From positions 127,536,001 to 127,600,000 of the forward strand of contig NC_058368.1 in assembly GCF_018350175.1 (NCBI RefSeq): a stretch of 64,000 nt of DNA, given 5' to 3'. This stretch comes from Felis catus (taxonomy: Eukaryota). A program made the translations under genes and the position numbers. How positions within the stretch are numbered: position 1 is the stretch's first letter; every line of letters starts with the position of its first letter. This document shows positions 62,456-64,000 of this stretch, piece after piece. The notes below the pieces were generated by a model. That model was not told the DNA's origin, made no database searches, and was given only the letters and a program-made list of their open reading frames with translations.

Positions 62456-63867
62456 TGTTGTATATCCTTTCATTTGAAATGCTTGTTTATTTGTGATTTT
62501 TCTAAATTTGGGTTGTACCATTGATTTGTAAAGTTCTCTATAATGTCGAGATATGAGGCCTTTATCAGATATATATTGCTAATATCATTCTTAAGCCTAA
62601 GTCCCACTTTTTAAGAGAGAACTTGACAAACCCAGTATTTTGTTTGCTTAAACAAGCCATGAAAGGGGATACAAACATCTACAGATTATTATGAGCCTCT
62701 GGATTCAAGCCATATACTAGATATGGGAAAACTTTAGAGAAGGTTCATCATTAATTTATGGCATGTTTCAATATTTCACAAGCACATAAATGACCTACTG
62801 TAGTGATCACCAGCCATCCCACCCAGAGCTGGAGCACCTACAAGTACAGAATCATATTGTCTTCAGATTGTAGAGGAATTCAAAGACCCACTATTGCTTT
62901 GTCCCTTCCACCTCACCATTCTATGTTGGATACGTACCCCAATTAGCATCCCCTCCACCAAAGCACTACAATCTATGCATTCATTTAAGAAATGGTAAAG
63001 TATAAGCAATTTTATTCTAATAATCCTTGAGGCGTTTGTGACAATGTATATAGAGATATGTGGTAATTAAAACCAAGAAGAAAAGACAATGAATTTAAAT
63101 TCAACTTATGTGATGTAAGGTGATGACCCAACATCTCCTTTTTGTTCCATGGGTTTATACTGGGCCCCTGAACACCATGCAAGTCTTCTAATTCTTTGGG
63201 TGTTTCCCTAGTCCTACTTTTCTTCCTTCCCCAACTTTGCTTTGTTTTACTGTCTTTTCTAAACTATGTTAACACCTAGATGACAATACAAATGTGTTAA
63301 TGCATAACCCCATCCAAAGGAATACAATTCATACTGACCAGGAGCTGCTAGAAACAATGCCCAAACCCATTTAATAAACTATAATGAGGAGAAACTCAGA
63401 CACCAGAGTGAGCCTAATTTTGGTAAAGTTCAATCTACACAATGGTGGCTCTCAAACATAACTGCATCTGGAGAGTTTTAGAAATTTCAGGGTCCATGCC
63501 GTGTCCCAAACCAAATAAATGAGATTCTCTGAGGGTGGGACCCAGCGTCAGCATTTCTTAAAAGTGGAGGTGATTTCAATGTGCTGCCAAGTTTGAGAAT
63601 AACCCCAGGTTGAGAAATATCGGTATAAAACAGAACCTGCATCTGTAAATTAAGGTCATTCATTCCTCCCTGTCCTAATTAAAAGAACACATCTGCATTC
63701 CACCTCTGTGATGAAGCACTACCTATTAATCAGAGATATCCTAGATCATCTTTTTCTTCCCTGGGCTACATAATCTTAGCTCTTATGTCTTCTCTGTCTT
63801 AAGTTTTCCTTGTTTAGGCTCCTATACCAGTTTTCAATTCACTGTCATGTTCTAACATAAAAATCCA

Positions 63868-64000
63868 TTTTTTTTCAACGTTTATTTATTTTTGGGACAG
63901 AGAGAGACAGAGCATGAACGGGGGAGGGGGCAGAGAGAGAGGGAGACACAGAATCGGAAACAGGCTCCAGTCTCTGAGCCATCAGCCCAGAGCCTGACGC
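63868..64000 (-). mobile_element. Young felid SINE (SINEC_Fc-type), cut by the window end
   Basis: TTTTTCAACGTTTATTTATTTTTGGGACAGAGAGAGACAGAGCATGAACGGGGGAGG, matching the other young copies. Confidence 0.95.

Overview
AT-rich mammalian genomic DNA from a cat-family (Felidae) genome, judged from abundant felid-type CanSINEs. The window lies inside the large PDE4D gene, which is on the minus strand. The only confidently coding sequence is the isoform-specific first coding exon of PDE4D5 (47227 to 46962: MAQQTTSPDTLTVPEVDNPHCPNPWLNEDLV...RRFTVAHT). It has a canonical phase-2 GT donor and a CpG-rich promoter carrying a CRE-like site about 220 bp upstream of the ATG. The rest is intron. It contains about 27 CanSINEs, six of them young and near-identical, five of those with clean target-site duplications. 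It also holds old L1, L2, MIR and MaLR fragments, hAT DNA transposons (MER20, MER58A, MER91A, MER3, MER5, MER63) and microsatellites. Nearly all other ORFs in the track are repeat-derived or random. I do not see a demonstrably new biological system. The best leads are: (1) a pair of exon-like segments with good splice signals antisense to PDE4D just inside the PDE4D5 intron; (2) a 281-bp strictly alternating purine-pyrimidine array between them; (3) a SINE dimer inside a single TSD; (4) a duplication with a templated (GGAAT)n insert; (5) the in-frame stop right at the PDE4D5 donor. Repeat family names and human comparisons are from memory, not from database searches.
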